Made by a program: the position numbers and the translations under genes
NCBI RefSeq assembly: GCF_000039765.1
Contig: NC_004460.2
Span: 1,620,001-1,652,000 of the forward strand
Length of the DNA stretch: 32,000 nt
Direction of reading: 5' to 3'
From: Vibrio vulnificus CMCP6
GTDB lineage: Bacteria > Pseudomonadota > Gammaproteobacteria > Enterobacterales > Vibrionaceae
Notes under the pieces: model-generated
The model's input: the letters and a program-made list of their open reading frames with translations, nothing else
Told to the model about the DNA's origin: nothing
Databases searched by the model: none
Shown here: one piece after another, positions 7,468 through 14,756 of the stretch
Numbering within the stretch: the stretch's first letter is position 1
Layout of the letters: each line of letters begins with the position of its first letter

Positions 7468-7968
7468 TTACTTAGATGTATACGAGATCCATGTAGCATT
7501 GACATTATCCAACGAGACATTAGACCTAATATCAATTGTGGTAAATTTTAGGCCCATTAAATCTATGTCGCTTTCAGGAAAGAACAATATACCCGTAGAT
7601 TGTCCCTTTGGCCGAAATTGGTATTTTTTTCCCTCATTAGAGGTAGCTACTATTTCGATTTCAATTTCAAAATTTGGCCATTTAGACGATACAAATACAT
7701 CCCTATCATACGCTGAATCTGATGCAATCATTTCTGTTGAAAAAGTTAAATTCTCTGGTTCACTTCCGTCAAAAATCAACCTTATCATTTGATTTCGATT
7801 CAAAGCAGTAACATCAACATTAAATTTTGACCACCCCACAGATTTAATTTTCTTTGCGCTAAACATGTCTACAATGTGCGGATTGCGGAAAAACTGTGAA
7901 AATAGATGATTGTCACACCCTAGAAGAATAAATGGGAAACAGATAAAAATAATTAATTTAAACCTCAC
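7468..7968 (-). CDS. Lipoprotein, unknown function
   Basis: 166 aa from a GTG start with a TGGAG Shine-Dalgarno. Lipobox: MRFKLIIFICFPFILLGC. The stop lies 9 nt before the hydrolase ATG and overlaps its Shine-Dalgarno, so the two genes share one cassette. Confidence 0.65.
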   Translation of the reverse strand: MRFKLIIFICFPFILLGCDNHLFSQFFRNPHIVDMFSAKKIKSVGWSKFNVDVTALNRNQMIRLIFDGSEPENLTFSTEMIASDSAYDRDVFVSSKWPNFEIEIEIVATSNEGKKYQFRPKGQSTGILFFPESDIDLMGLKFTTIDIRSNVSLDNVNATWISYTSK

Positions 7969-8123
7969 GCCAACTCCAAAAATTACGATTTAATAGCAGT
8001 TATTTTTATATGGTCAGTGAGTTTTTCAATATAAAAGCATACTTTTTCAACAAATCTCGACTAACGTCAAAAAATCATCAGCGAGAATTTTTAGTTTTAT
8101 AAGCAACGAATGTTAGTGAAATA

Positions 8124-8251
8124 TTCTAACGCCGCATTAAGGTGTGAGCAACGCTACCACGAAACCTAACCATACCACCATAAACACAAAACCCAACGAT
8201 GGAACGAAAAATGCCAAGCGTTGGGAATCACTCTTAAACAGATTGTTATGT
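8124..8251 (-). repeat. attC recombination site (VCR-like, ~128 bp)
   Basis: TTCTAACGCCGCATTAAGGTGTGAGCAACGC....GGGAATCACTCTTAAACAGATTGTTATGT. The minus-strand R' core GTTAGAA fits GTTRRRY. The site starts 3 nt after the stop of the 8255-9901 ORF. Confidence 0.85.
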
Positions 8252-8254
8252 CAC

Positions 8255-9901
8255 TTAGTTTACAAAAACTACTTTGTCTTCAGTTTCAATATCTAGGGCT
8301 CTATATAACATCTTGTGTACCTTTAAATGACTAGACCTCTTAACTTCACCCTTACTAACACTAGACTGATCTATGTAAGACCATAGGAATGTATCCAAAG
8401 AACTGACCTTAACACCAACAGCGCCAACACGATATAAACACTGAAGTAACGCATATAGCACATCAGATTCTTTTACAGCCTTACCTTCGAAGTAAGAATG
8501 TACGATTTTCACGCAAGGATCAGTGTTTTTTGTATCACTCAACGACATGACAACATCATTTAAACGTTCTTGGTTTATAGAAGAACGAGAAAATGTTGCA
8601 GGTAACCCTCTGAGTAGCTCAGCAGTCTCTTCAAAAGATGGATACATTTCACCCCATTCTTCTTTTAAGGACTTTAAACGTTTCTCTGAATAGTTGGCTT
8701 CAGCAGCTATTAGCGCCCTCCAAGATACACGGTCTCGTTCTGAAGCAATATTAAAGGTTTCATTTACAAACTGGAGAACATCCCGTGGTCTTCTGAGCGT
8801 ACGTTCTAATATGAAGTCCATAGCGGTTTGTCCGCCGCCTTTCTTTGGTTTAGGGAATATATGCTCTAACTTAACTGTGTCTTTGGTATATTGGCTTTTA
8901 AAGACCTCGTTTATCCTCAATTCAACCAGTTTAGTTAATTCTTCGTTACTCCACTTGAGTTCAAGCATGTAAGATTCGTATTTTTCTTCTTGAAACCCAG
9001 AGTCTCTAGTTTGATCATAAACCAAATCTAATAGGTCTTTTCGTAATGCAGCTATAATTTTAACCGTTTCGATCTTACGGAATGACTTTACTTCTTCGAT
9101 TAAAGCTCTAATAAATCGACACCTTGTAGAAGTATTGGCCCAATTTTCATCCAACTGGTCAATTACGATATAAAATTTCTTTTGTGTATCATCAAAGGAA
9201 TACTGTGCGAGCAATTCCAGAACTTCATTTAATTTTTTTATTTGTAAGCCATTAACAACCTGACTTGCTCGTTGCTTAATCTCCGTTCTTTCTTGCTCTG
9301 ATAGTTTTTCGACACCATCGAGACTTAAAGACACACCCGAATATTTTGCTCCAATTGAAGCTTTAGTATCATTTTCTAGCTTCGACGTGATTTCGCGAAG
9401 GTGTTCATCTGTATCTAACCAGAACTTATCCCCCCACTCGTTGAAGTACTCTATAGCTTTTTTCTTTGCCTTATCTCTTCGAAGCCAAGAAAAAATGCCA
9501 TCAGTAAAACGCTGTCCATCCTGCTCATTTTTAATGTCGTATCTGAGTTTTAGTATTTCTACAACAAGTAGATGACGCCATAGCAGCTTGTAAAATAAAT
9601 CTAATTTTATATCTAAAGCATCGAAAAACTTGATTATATCCGAGTACTCCAAAAATCGGACTGAAATATCATTAGGGTCTAGCCTCGCACAGTGGTCTGT
9701 ACTTGTTTCAATTTTATGAATTAAAGCGCTTTTCCCTGAGCCAGTTCTCCCAAGAATAACTGCTGCGGGGTTACTGACGTCCAATAATTCGTCAAGATCT
9801 CCCTTATCTACAAAACACTTGTCTAGTAAAGAACTATCTGTTTCAGCATCTAAAGCTCCGACCTTCAAGTTTCGTGTAATTTTTATTCCTGAATCACTCA
9901 T
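8255..9901 (-). CDS. P-loop NTPase (STAND/AAA-like core) with an uncharacterised C-terminal region
   Basis: 548 aa with an AGGAAGG Shine-Dalgarno 5-6 nt before the ATG. Walker A is GRTGSGKSA (aa 51-59, nt 9725-9751). Walker B is FYIVIDQLDE (nt 9146-9175). Downstream elements are KIIAALR, LELKWSNEEL and TLRRPRDVLQF. Only about 45 aa precede the P-loop. No nuclease, protease or TIR-type motif is visible by eye. Confidence 0.8.
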   Translation of the reverse strand: MSDSGIKITRNLKVGALDAETDSSLLDKCFVDKGDLDELLDVSNPAAVILGRTGSGKSALIHKIETSTDHCARLDPNDISVRFLEYSDIIKFFDALDIKLDLFYKLLWRHLLVVEILKLRYDIKNEQDGQRFTDGIFSWLRRDKAKKKAIEYFNEWGDKFWLDTDEHLREITSKLENDTKASIGAKYSGVSLSLDGVEKLSEQERTEIKQRASQVVNGLQIKKLNEVLELLAQYSFDDTQKKFYIVIDQLDENWANTSTRCRFIRALIEEVKSFRKIETVKIIAALRKDLLDLVYDQTRDSGFQEEKYESYMLELKWSNEELTKLVELRINEVFKSQYTKDTVKLEHIFPKPKKGGGQTAMDFILERTLRRPRDVLQFVNETFNIASERDRVSWRALIAAEANYSEKRLKSLKEEWGEMYPSFEETAELLRGLPATFSRSSINQERLNDVVMSLSDTKNTDPCVKIVHSYFEGKAVKESDVLYALLQCLYRVGAVGVKVSSLDTFLWSYIDQSSVSKGEVKRSSHLKVHKMLYRALDIETEDKVVFVN

Positions 9902-10016
9902 CTAAGCCTTCCTATGTGCACACTCACTTAAATATACACCGAGACTCATATTCATTCTGTGAGCAAGTTATTGAGTTGAATAAGTGACATAACTGCTGCT
10001 AGCAATCACTGTGTTT

Positions 10017-10121
10017 ATCTAACCTTTGTAATTGTGTTTTAGGCGTCACCATGAATGCCAAATTAATGTGCAAATACTGGCATAGCACTCAATAAAGTCA
10101 TTACTCTTTAAGTGGTTATAC
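10017..10121 (-). repeat. Candidate fifth, divergent attC bounding the NTPase cassette
   Basis: ATCTAAC (minus-strand GTTAGAT, a perfect GTTRRRY) ... CATTACTCTTTAAGTGGTTAT. The right arm resembles the family motif CACTCTTAAACAG.TTGTTAT. There is an internal dyad ATGCCA-N17-TGGCAT. The centre is not homologous to the other copies. Confidence 0.4.
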
Positions 10122-10198
10122 TCATGCTTTTATCGCAAGTTAATGATTTGATATATATAGAAAAAACTTATAAAGAACTGAAGGTTTAGACCGTCTTG

Positions 10199-10747
10199 TA
10201 ATGAGCGCTGACACTATGGTTTTCTCAACAAACTTCCAGCGCACTCTGCGCAATGGATTCTGCATCACGCTCGTGCCCCGCTATCCAGAATGACGAGCGT
10301 AGAGAGCGGTGTTTGGGGGGACTTTAAGCGGCAGTTGTCTGTGAAGAGGCCGATAAACACACAGAGCCTACCATCTGTCATCCCAGCAAGCCTAGGCGCG
10401 ACTAGGGATCCATTCATCGACGAGCGCTAGAGCGGCGGTTTGCTCACTGAACTTTCAGCGCACTCTGCGGAATGGATTCTGCATCACGCTCGTGCCTCGC
10501 TGTCCAGAATGACGAGTTTAAAGAGTGATGTTTGGGAAAGGGCTTTAAGCGGCAGTTGTCTGTGAAGAGGCCGATAAACACACAGAAACCACCGCCTGTC
10601 ATTCCAGCAAGCCTAAGCGCGACTAGGATCCATTCATCGACGAGCGTTAGAGCTGTGGTTTTCTCACCGAACTTTCAGCGCACTCTGCGCAATGGATTCT
10701 GAATCACGCTCGTTCCTCGCTATCCAGAATGACGAGCTTAAAGAGTA
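10199..10747. repeat. Noncoding tandem repeat, unit ~219-220 bp, ~2.5 copies
   Basis: The landmark CAGCGCACTCTGCG recurs at 10237, 10456 and 10676. Copies differ by scattered substitutions. No ORF of 60 aa or more is present on either strand. Confidence 0.9.
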
Positions 10748-10791
10748 CCTTCTAGAGAAAGCACGATCGTTAAGCGTTCTTATCTCTGGTG

Positions 10792-11307
10792 TTATTTCTG
10801 CTCGACAAAGATAAGACGCTCAGTATCAAATCCACGTTCTTTGGCCATGGCGACGAAGGTATCGATGAGCGATTGGTCGACGGTCGGGGTGCGTGCTAAA
10901 AGCCATAAATAGTCGGTATTAGGACCAGAGACAAAGGCGTATTGGTAGTCGGTTTTGTCGAGCGCAAACACCACGTAAGATCCGTAAAACGGGCCAAAGA
11001 ACGAGACTTTCAAGTAACCTTCAGAGTCGCCATTGACGAAGTAGGCTTTTCCTTCGGCTTCTTTCCATTGGTTTTCATCGGCCAAAAAGCCTTTGTTGAG
11101 TACCGCGACACCGCCATCGTCTTTTAAGGTGTATTCGGCGGTAACTTGAGTTAATCCCGCTTCAAAAGAGTGGTCTAGACGGGCGATTTCGTACCATTTC
11201 CCTAAGTAATTTTGTAGGTTGAACTCGTCGACGGGTTTGACGGTTTCTGGCATGCCAAGGCAGCCACTCAGTGTGATGGAAAGTGCCAACAGTAGAATTT
11301 TTCTCAC
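10792..11307 (-). CDS. blc: Outer-membrane lipocalin lipoprotein Blc
   Basis: The likely GTG start at 11307 has GGAG 6 nt upstream and gives MRKILLLALSITLSGC (lipobox). YLGKWYEIARLDHSFE, KGF...W..AEGKAYF, LKVSFFGPFYGSY and DYLWLLARTP parallel E. coli Blc as I recall it. Confidence 0.9.
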   Translation of the reverse strand: MRKILLLALSITLSGCLGMPETVKPVDEFNLQNYLGKWYEIARLDHSFEAGLTQVTAEYTLKDDGGVAVLNKGFLADENQWKEAEGKAYFVNGDSEGYLKVSFFGPFYGSYVVFALDKTDYQYAFVSGPNTDYLWLLARTPTVDQSLIDTFVAMAKERGFDTERLIFVEQK

Positions 11308-11449
11308 AATTCGCTCCTGAAAAATGAGTCTCACATTGCCTTCAAGTCTAAGCGGTTGAACTAAAAAACAGAAGCGACATATGGGTAGATTATGTGAAGG
11401 CGTTTGGGAGCAATAGTAAGTAGCATCTCAGCGGAAAAGTGTTAGAAGG

Positions 11450-11482
11450 TAAAAATAAAAAGCGCTCGTTGATCGAGCGCTT
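11450..11482 (-). terminator. Rho-independent terminator after mipA/ompV
   Basis: On the minus strand, AGCGCTCG-ATCAA-CGAGCGCT is followed by TTTTTATTTTT. Confidence 0.8.
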
Positions 11483-11524
11483 TGCTTATTCCCTAGAGGG
11501 GGAGTTTTGTGGGAATTCGAGTTA

Positions 11525-12253
11525 TTAAAACTTATACGCCCCGCCTAAGCTGATTTGCCAAGCAAGGTCGTTTTGAATCAGCGGGCTATTCGAATCATGG
11601 TGTTCAAACTCCACTTTGGCAATGGCTAGCCACTGCTCGGTGATATCGTAGAGTGAAATCAAACCAGCCTTGTAAACCCAAGTCTCATCAGCATCAAATT
11701 GTGCTAAACCGGACGCGGCAGATTCTTGCGCAGAGACGTTGTAAAGATGCTGCGAGAGTTTTTTGGAGCGGTAATCCACTTCAACATATGGGGAGAGCAC
11801 CCACTGATCAAACGGGGTATCAAAAGCGCGACCAAGGTGAAGTTGAATCTCATAACCGTCGTGAACATTGGTGACATCTTGCAGGTAGGTGAGGCGTGCG
11901 CCAACTGTTCCCACGGTGATACCAAGATCGGCGTTACCATCACGGTTTTTGATGCCGCGAGGAATGTCATCGAAATCGTCCGACACTTCAGCAAAACGCA
12001 GGTTGCCCGACAAACCCAACCAAGGGGTGAGTGAGTAATTGGCTAAGCTGCCATCAATAAAGCCGTATTTTCCGTTGTAAAACAAAGAGGGCTCAATGCC
12101 AGCTTTGGCCCCATCCGTTGAAAATGCGGATTCGCCGTAGGTGATACCCGCGCCAACAAACGCGTAATCTTGGTATTGTTCTTGTGCCAACACAGGAGCA
12201 GACAGTACCAGCAGGGGAATGGACACGCGCATGCCGCGCATAAGATTTTTCAT
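11525..12253 (-). CDS. MipA/OmpV-family outer-membrane protein
   Basis: 242 aa with signal peptide MRVSIPLLVLSAPVLAQE. The sequence shows a beta-barrel-like alternating pattern and ends in the aromatic terminus GGAYKF. The overall resemblance is to the MltA-interacting MipA/OmpV family. Confidence 0.75.
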   Translation of the reverse strand: MKNLMRGMRVSIPLLVLSAPVLAQEQYQDYAFVGAGITYGESAFSTDGAKAGIEPSLFYNGKYGFIDGSLANYSLTPWLGLSGNLRFAEVSDDFDDIPRGIKNRDGNADLGITVGTVGARLTYLQDVTNVHDGYEIQLHLGRAFDTPFDQWVLSPYVEVDYRSKKLSQHLYNVSAQESAASGLAQFDADETWVYKAGLISLYDITEQWLAIAKVEFEHHDSNSPLIQNDLAWQISLGGAYKF

Positions 12254-12467
12254 GGCTAACTTCCTTTTTCTTTTCGTTTTATAAAAGAACGGCTAAGTGG
12301 CGGTTTTCTTACATCAGGGTGGGCTTAATTCATTGTTTTTGGGTTTATTCGCAGAAGGACGTTGTATTAATGGCCAATAAAATAGAGTTAAAACAAATGC
12401 TTACTGTTTATACATCCACCCTGCAGCGATGGGCAGGGCGGTGTTTTTGATGTGGTGTGACGATGAA

Positions 12468-13598
12468 TTAATGATCAATCATGTCCGCAAGAATCATTGC
12501 TGCGTGGGTTTCTACGACACCAGCGTTGAAGCCGTACATGTGGCCATATTTGCTCGCCAGAGCCGTTTGTACGTTGCGGGTGATCTCTTCTTGCCAACGT
12601 TTAAACCAAACGAAATGGTTCCCATCGCTGAGCATTGGCGTGTAAGGCACCACTTCAAGTTGTTTGCCCACTTCCGCTCTTACATCGGCGATGTATTGCA
12701 GTAGATCTTTCACATCCTGTTTTGAGCCGATGTTGCCGTGGCCACCATTAATGAAGTCCCATTGCCAGCCAAGGTGTTTGCCGAGCAAGTTTTTGAGATC
12801 GTCTTCATAGCCGTGGAAGTGCTCTGCGCCAGCAAAGTTGTAAAACGGCAATTGGTCAGGGTTAATCATGTCAGCGAAATGCAGTACGCGATCACTTGGA
12901 ATCAGAATCATGGTGTTATCTGGGGTATGGCCAGAGCCTGCTGGCGCGATCAAATGCACTTTGACGGAACCAAACTTCACCACCTTCGGTTTTCTCAGGT
13001 CGTAGACATCAGTTGGTGCTGGCACTTTCGTTGTTTTTACGCCGTTTTCATTGGTTTCTGCATGCTGGGCGATTTTGTTGGCCACCGCTTGGCTGGCAAT
13101 CACGCGTACTTTGTTCACGCTCGGATAGTTTTGCTTGATCAGTTCGACCAATTGGTTGCCACCGCCAACATGATCAAGGTGGTAGTGTGAGTACATAATG
13201 GTGGTAATCGGCTTGTTGGTGATGGATTGCACGCCTTTGAAAAGCGCATCGATGCGGCCATCGCCTAATGGGTCAATCAGCATCACCGAATCTTCGTTGA
13301 CGATTACCGTGGAATTGTAATAGTTGACGCCAATCCAATAGGTGTTTTTGCCCAGCTTTTGCACGGTGGCTTTGCTGTCGTCAAACTGGCGCTCATAGAG
13401 ATTGTTGATTTTCTGGCCCACTTTAAGCGCTTGAGTGGCGGATGGTTCGACTTCGCTAGGCAGCGTGCTTTGCACTGTTTCGCCAGGGAAAACAATCGCA
13501 CGTTGTTGATCGTGGCTGTGGTTATGGTTTGCAGCGCCAGCATTGAAAGACAGCAGTGCGGCAGTGATTGGGGCTAAAGCAAAGGTGAATCGTTTCAT
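12468..13598 (-). CDS. Secreted MBL-fold metallo-hydrolase
   Basis: The likely start MKRFTFALAPITAALLSFNAGAA (signal peptide) is preceded by a GGAGAG Shine-Dalgarno. The HxHxDH motif appears as YSHYHLDHVGG, with later His/Asp ligands (GSGHTPDN, GGHG). Confidence 0.8.
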   Translation of the reverse strand: MKRFTFALAPITAALLSFNAGAANHNHSHDQQRAIVFPGETVQSTLPSEVEPSATQALKVGQKINNLYERQFDDSKATVQKLGKNTYWIGVNYYNSTVIVNEDSVMLIDPLGDGRIDALFKGVQSITNKPITTIMYSHYHLDHVGGGNQLVELIKQNYPSVNKVRVIASQAVANKIAQHAETNENGVKTTKVPAPTDVYDLRKPKVVKFGSVKVHLIAPAGSGHTPDNTMILIPSDRVLHFADMINPDQLPFYNFAGAEHFHGYEDDLKNLLGKHLGWQWDFINGGHGNIGSKQDVKDLLQYIADVRAEVGKQLEVVPYTPMLSDGNHFVWFKRWQEEITRNVQTALASKYGHMYGFNAGVVETHAAMILADMIDH

Positions 13599-13710
13599 TT
13601 TTTCTCTCCTCATCAGGTGAGGAAAAAGATAAATGAGAATCACATATATCAAAAATGCATGATTGTTATAGTATGTATATCACTTACGCACGAAATTATT
13701 AGGTGTTTTG

Positions 13711-14643
13711 ATGGTCGCTCCCGAGATCAATTTGCGCAGTATTGACCTAAATCTGTTAACTATTTTAGAAAAGCTGTTGATTCATAAGCATATTAGCCAA
13801 GCAGCTCAAGCGTTGAACATGAGCCAGCCTGCGGTGAGTCGAGCATTGATGCGTCTGCGCGAACAATTTGGCGATCCGCTGTTGGTGAAGGTCAACCGTG
13901 AGTACCGCTTAACCGCTAAGGGGGAATACCTTCGGCGCGAATTAGAAAGCTCATTGAATACGATTCGGCAGATGCTGGTGGATGATGCGTTTGATCCGTT
14001 GCAGTACGCAGGTGTGTTCACCATAGGCGCACTGGATTTTGAAATGATGATGATTGTGCCAAAGCTGTTGGCACGTTTTCAGCAGCGTGCTCCCAAGTTG
14101 AAATTGCAAATTGTGCCGTATAACGCGTACATGCCATTGCACGATTACTTGGAGAAAGTGGCGGATCTGCTGCTGTATTCGACCGATGATTCCCCCACCA
14201 ATGTGTTTAAGCAGCGACTCTTCAATGATAACTACGCGGTGGTGATGTGCCAAAATCACGTGCTTGCCAATCAACCCATGACGTTGGAGCGTTACTGCCA
14301 AAGCCGACACGTGATCGTCTCTGGTAATGGGTTGGGAAAAACCGATATTGACCATGAGCTAAAAAGGCTGAACCAGCAGCGCGAAGTGGTGGCGTCACTG
14401 CCGCATTTTTCAATGGTGCCAGAGTTGTTGATCAACACCGATCTGATCGCAACGTTGCCAAGGCGCTTGGTCAGCCATTTAAGCCATCGTTATGAAATAA
14501 CCGTTGCTGAATTGCCGTTTTACACCGCGGATTTCCAGGTTGAACAATTTTGGCATTTGATTCACCACAGCAACCCTGCGCACCAGTGGGTTCGGCAAGA
14601 AATCAAAAACATGGTGGATGAAGAGATAGAAGCAAGGTGCTAA
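13711..14643 (+). CDS. LysR-family transcriptional regulator
   Basis: N-terminal helix-turn-helix LRSIDLNLLTILEKLLIHKHISQAAQALNMSQPAVSRALMRLRE followed by a LysR substrate-binding-type domain. The gene is divergent from the MBL hydrolase gene. Confidence 0.9.
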   Translation: MVAPEINLRSIDLNLLTILEKLLIHKHISQAAQALNMSQPAVSRALMRLREQFGDPLLVKVNREYRLTAKGEYLRRELESSLNTIRQMLVDDAFDPLQYAGVFTIGALDFEMMMIVPKLLARFQQRAPKLKLQIVPYNAYMPLHDYLEKVADLLLYSTDDSPTNVFKQRLFNDNYAVVMCQNHVLANQPMTLERYCQSRHVIVSGNGLGKTDIDHELKRLNQQREVVASLPHFSMVPELLINTDLIATLPRRLVSHLSHRYEITVAELPFYTADFQVEQFWHLIHHSNPAHQWVRQEIKNMVDEEIEARC

Positions 14644-14701
14644 GCGGCAAAGTCGCATGCTTAGCTCTGTAAAATTTCAAAGTAATGTCTCAAGGCAATG
14701 A

Positions 14702-14731
14702 TAAAAAAGAGGCACAATAATTTGTACCTCT
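14702..14731 (-). terminator. Rho-independent terminator after the membrane-protein gene
   Basis: On the minus strand, AGAGGTACA-AATTAT-TGTGCCTCT (one mismatch) is followed by TTTTTTAT. Confidence 0.65.
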
Positions 14732-14756
14732 GATGCTTAATGTTGGCTTGCCTGCT

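Larger units (their letters stand above)
2751..10121 (-). mobile_element. Integron gene-cassette array without integrase in the window (CALIN-like); cassettes read on the minus strand
   Basis: Three clearly homologous ~125-bp attC repeats lie at 6024-6149, 6782-6906 and 8124-8251, plus divergent or decayed copies. Each sits immediately 3' of a minus-strand ORF. The sequence is visibly more AT-rich than the flanking kbl/tdh and blc genes. ORFs are short, unrelated and mostly co-oriented, and an inverted toxin-antitoxin cassette is present. The left boundary is uncertain. Confidence 0.8.

Noticed and set aside
10199-10747. Could the tandem repeat be a CRISPR array?
   Set aside because: The period is about 220 bp and whole units are homologous to each other. 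There is no alternation of short repeats with unique spacers, and no cas genes are present in the window.
9902-10791. A search for an integron integrase (intI) or attI next to the array.
   Set aside because: No ORF of 60 aa or more exists on either strand in this 890-bp gap, and no tyrosine-recombinase-like ORF appears elsewhere in the window. I could not define an attI from sequence alone.
12429-13577. Plus-strand ORFs (12429-12704, 12738-13190, 13359-13577) and a minus-strand ORF (13304-13543) overlapping the MBL hydrolase gene.
   Set aside because: They are antisense or off-frame to an ORF with a clear signal peptide and HxHxDH motif. They have no independent support.
13606-13624. The hairpin TCCTCA-TCAGG-TGAGGA overlapping the Shine-Dalgarno of the MBL hydrolase gene, as a possible translational control element.
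   Set aside because: The stem is only 6 bp and no conserved context is visible. This is too weak to claim regulation.
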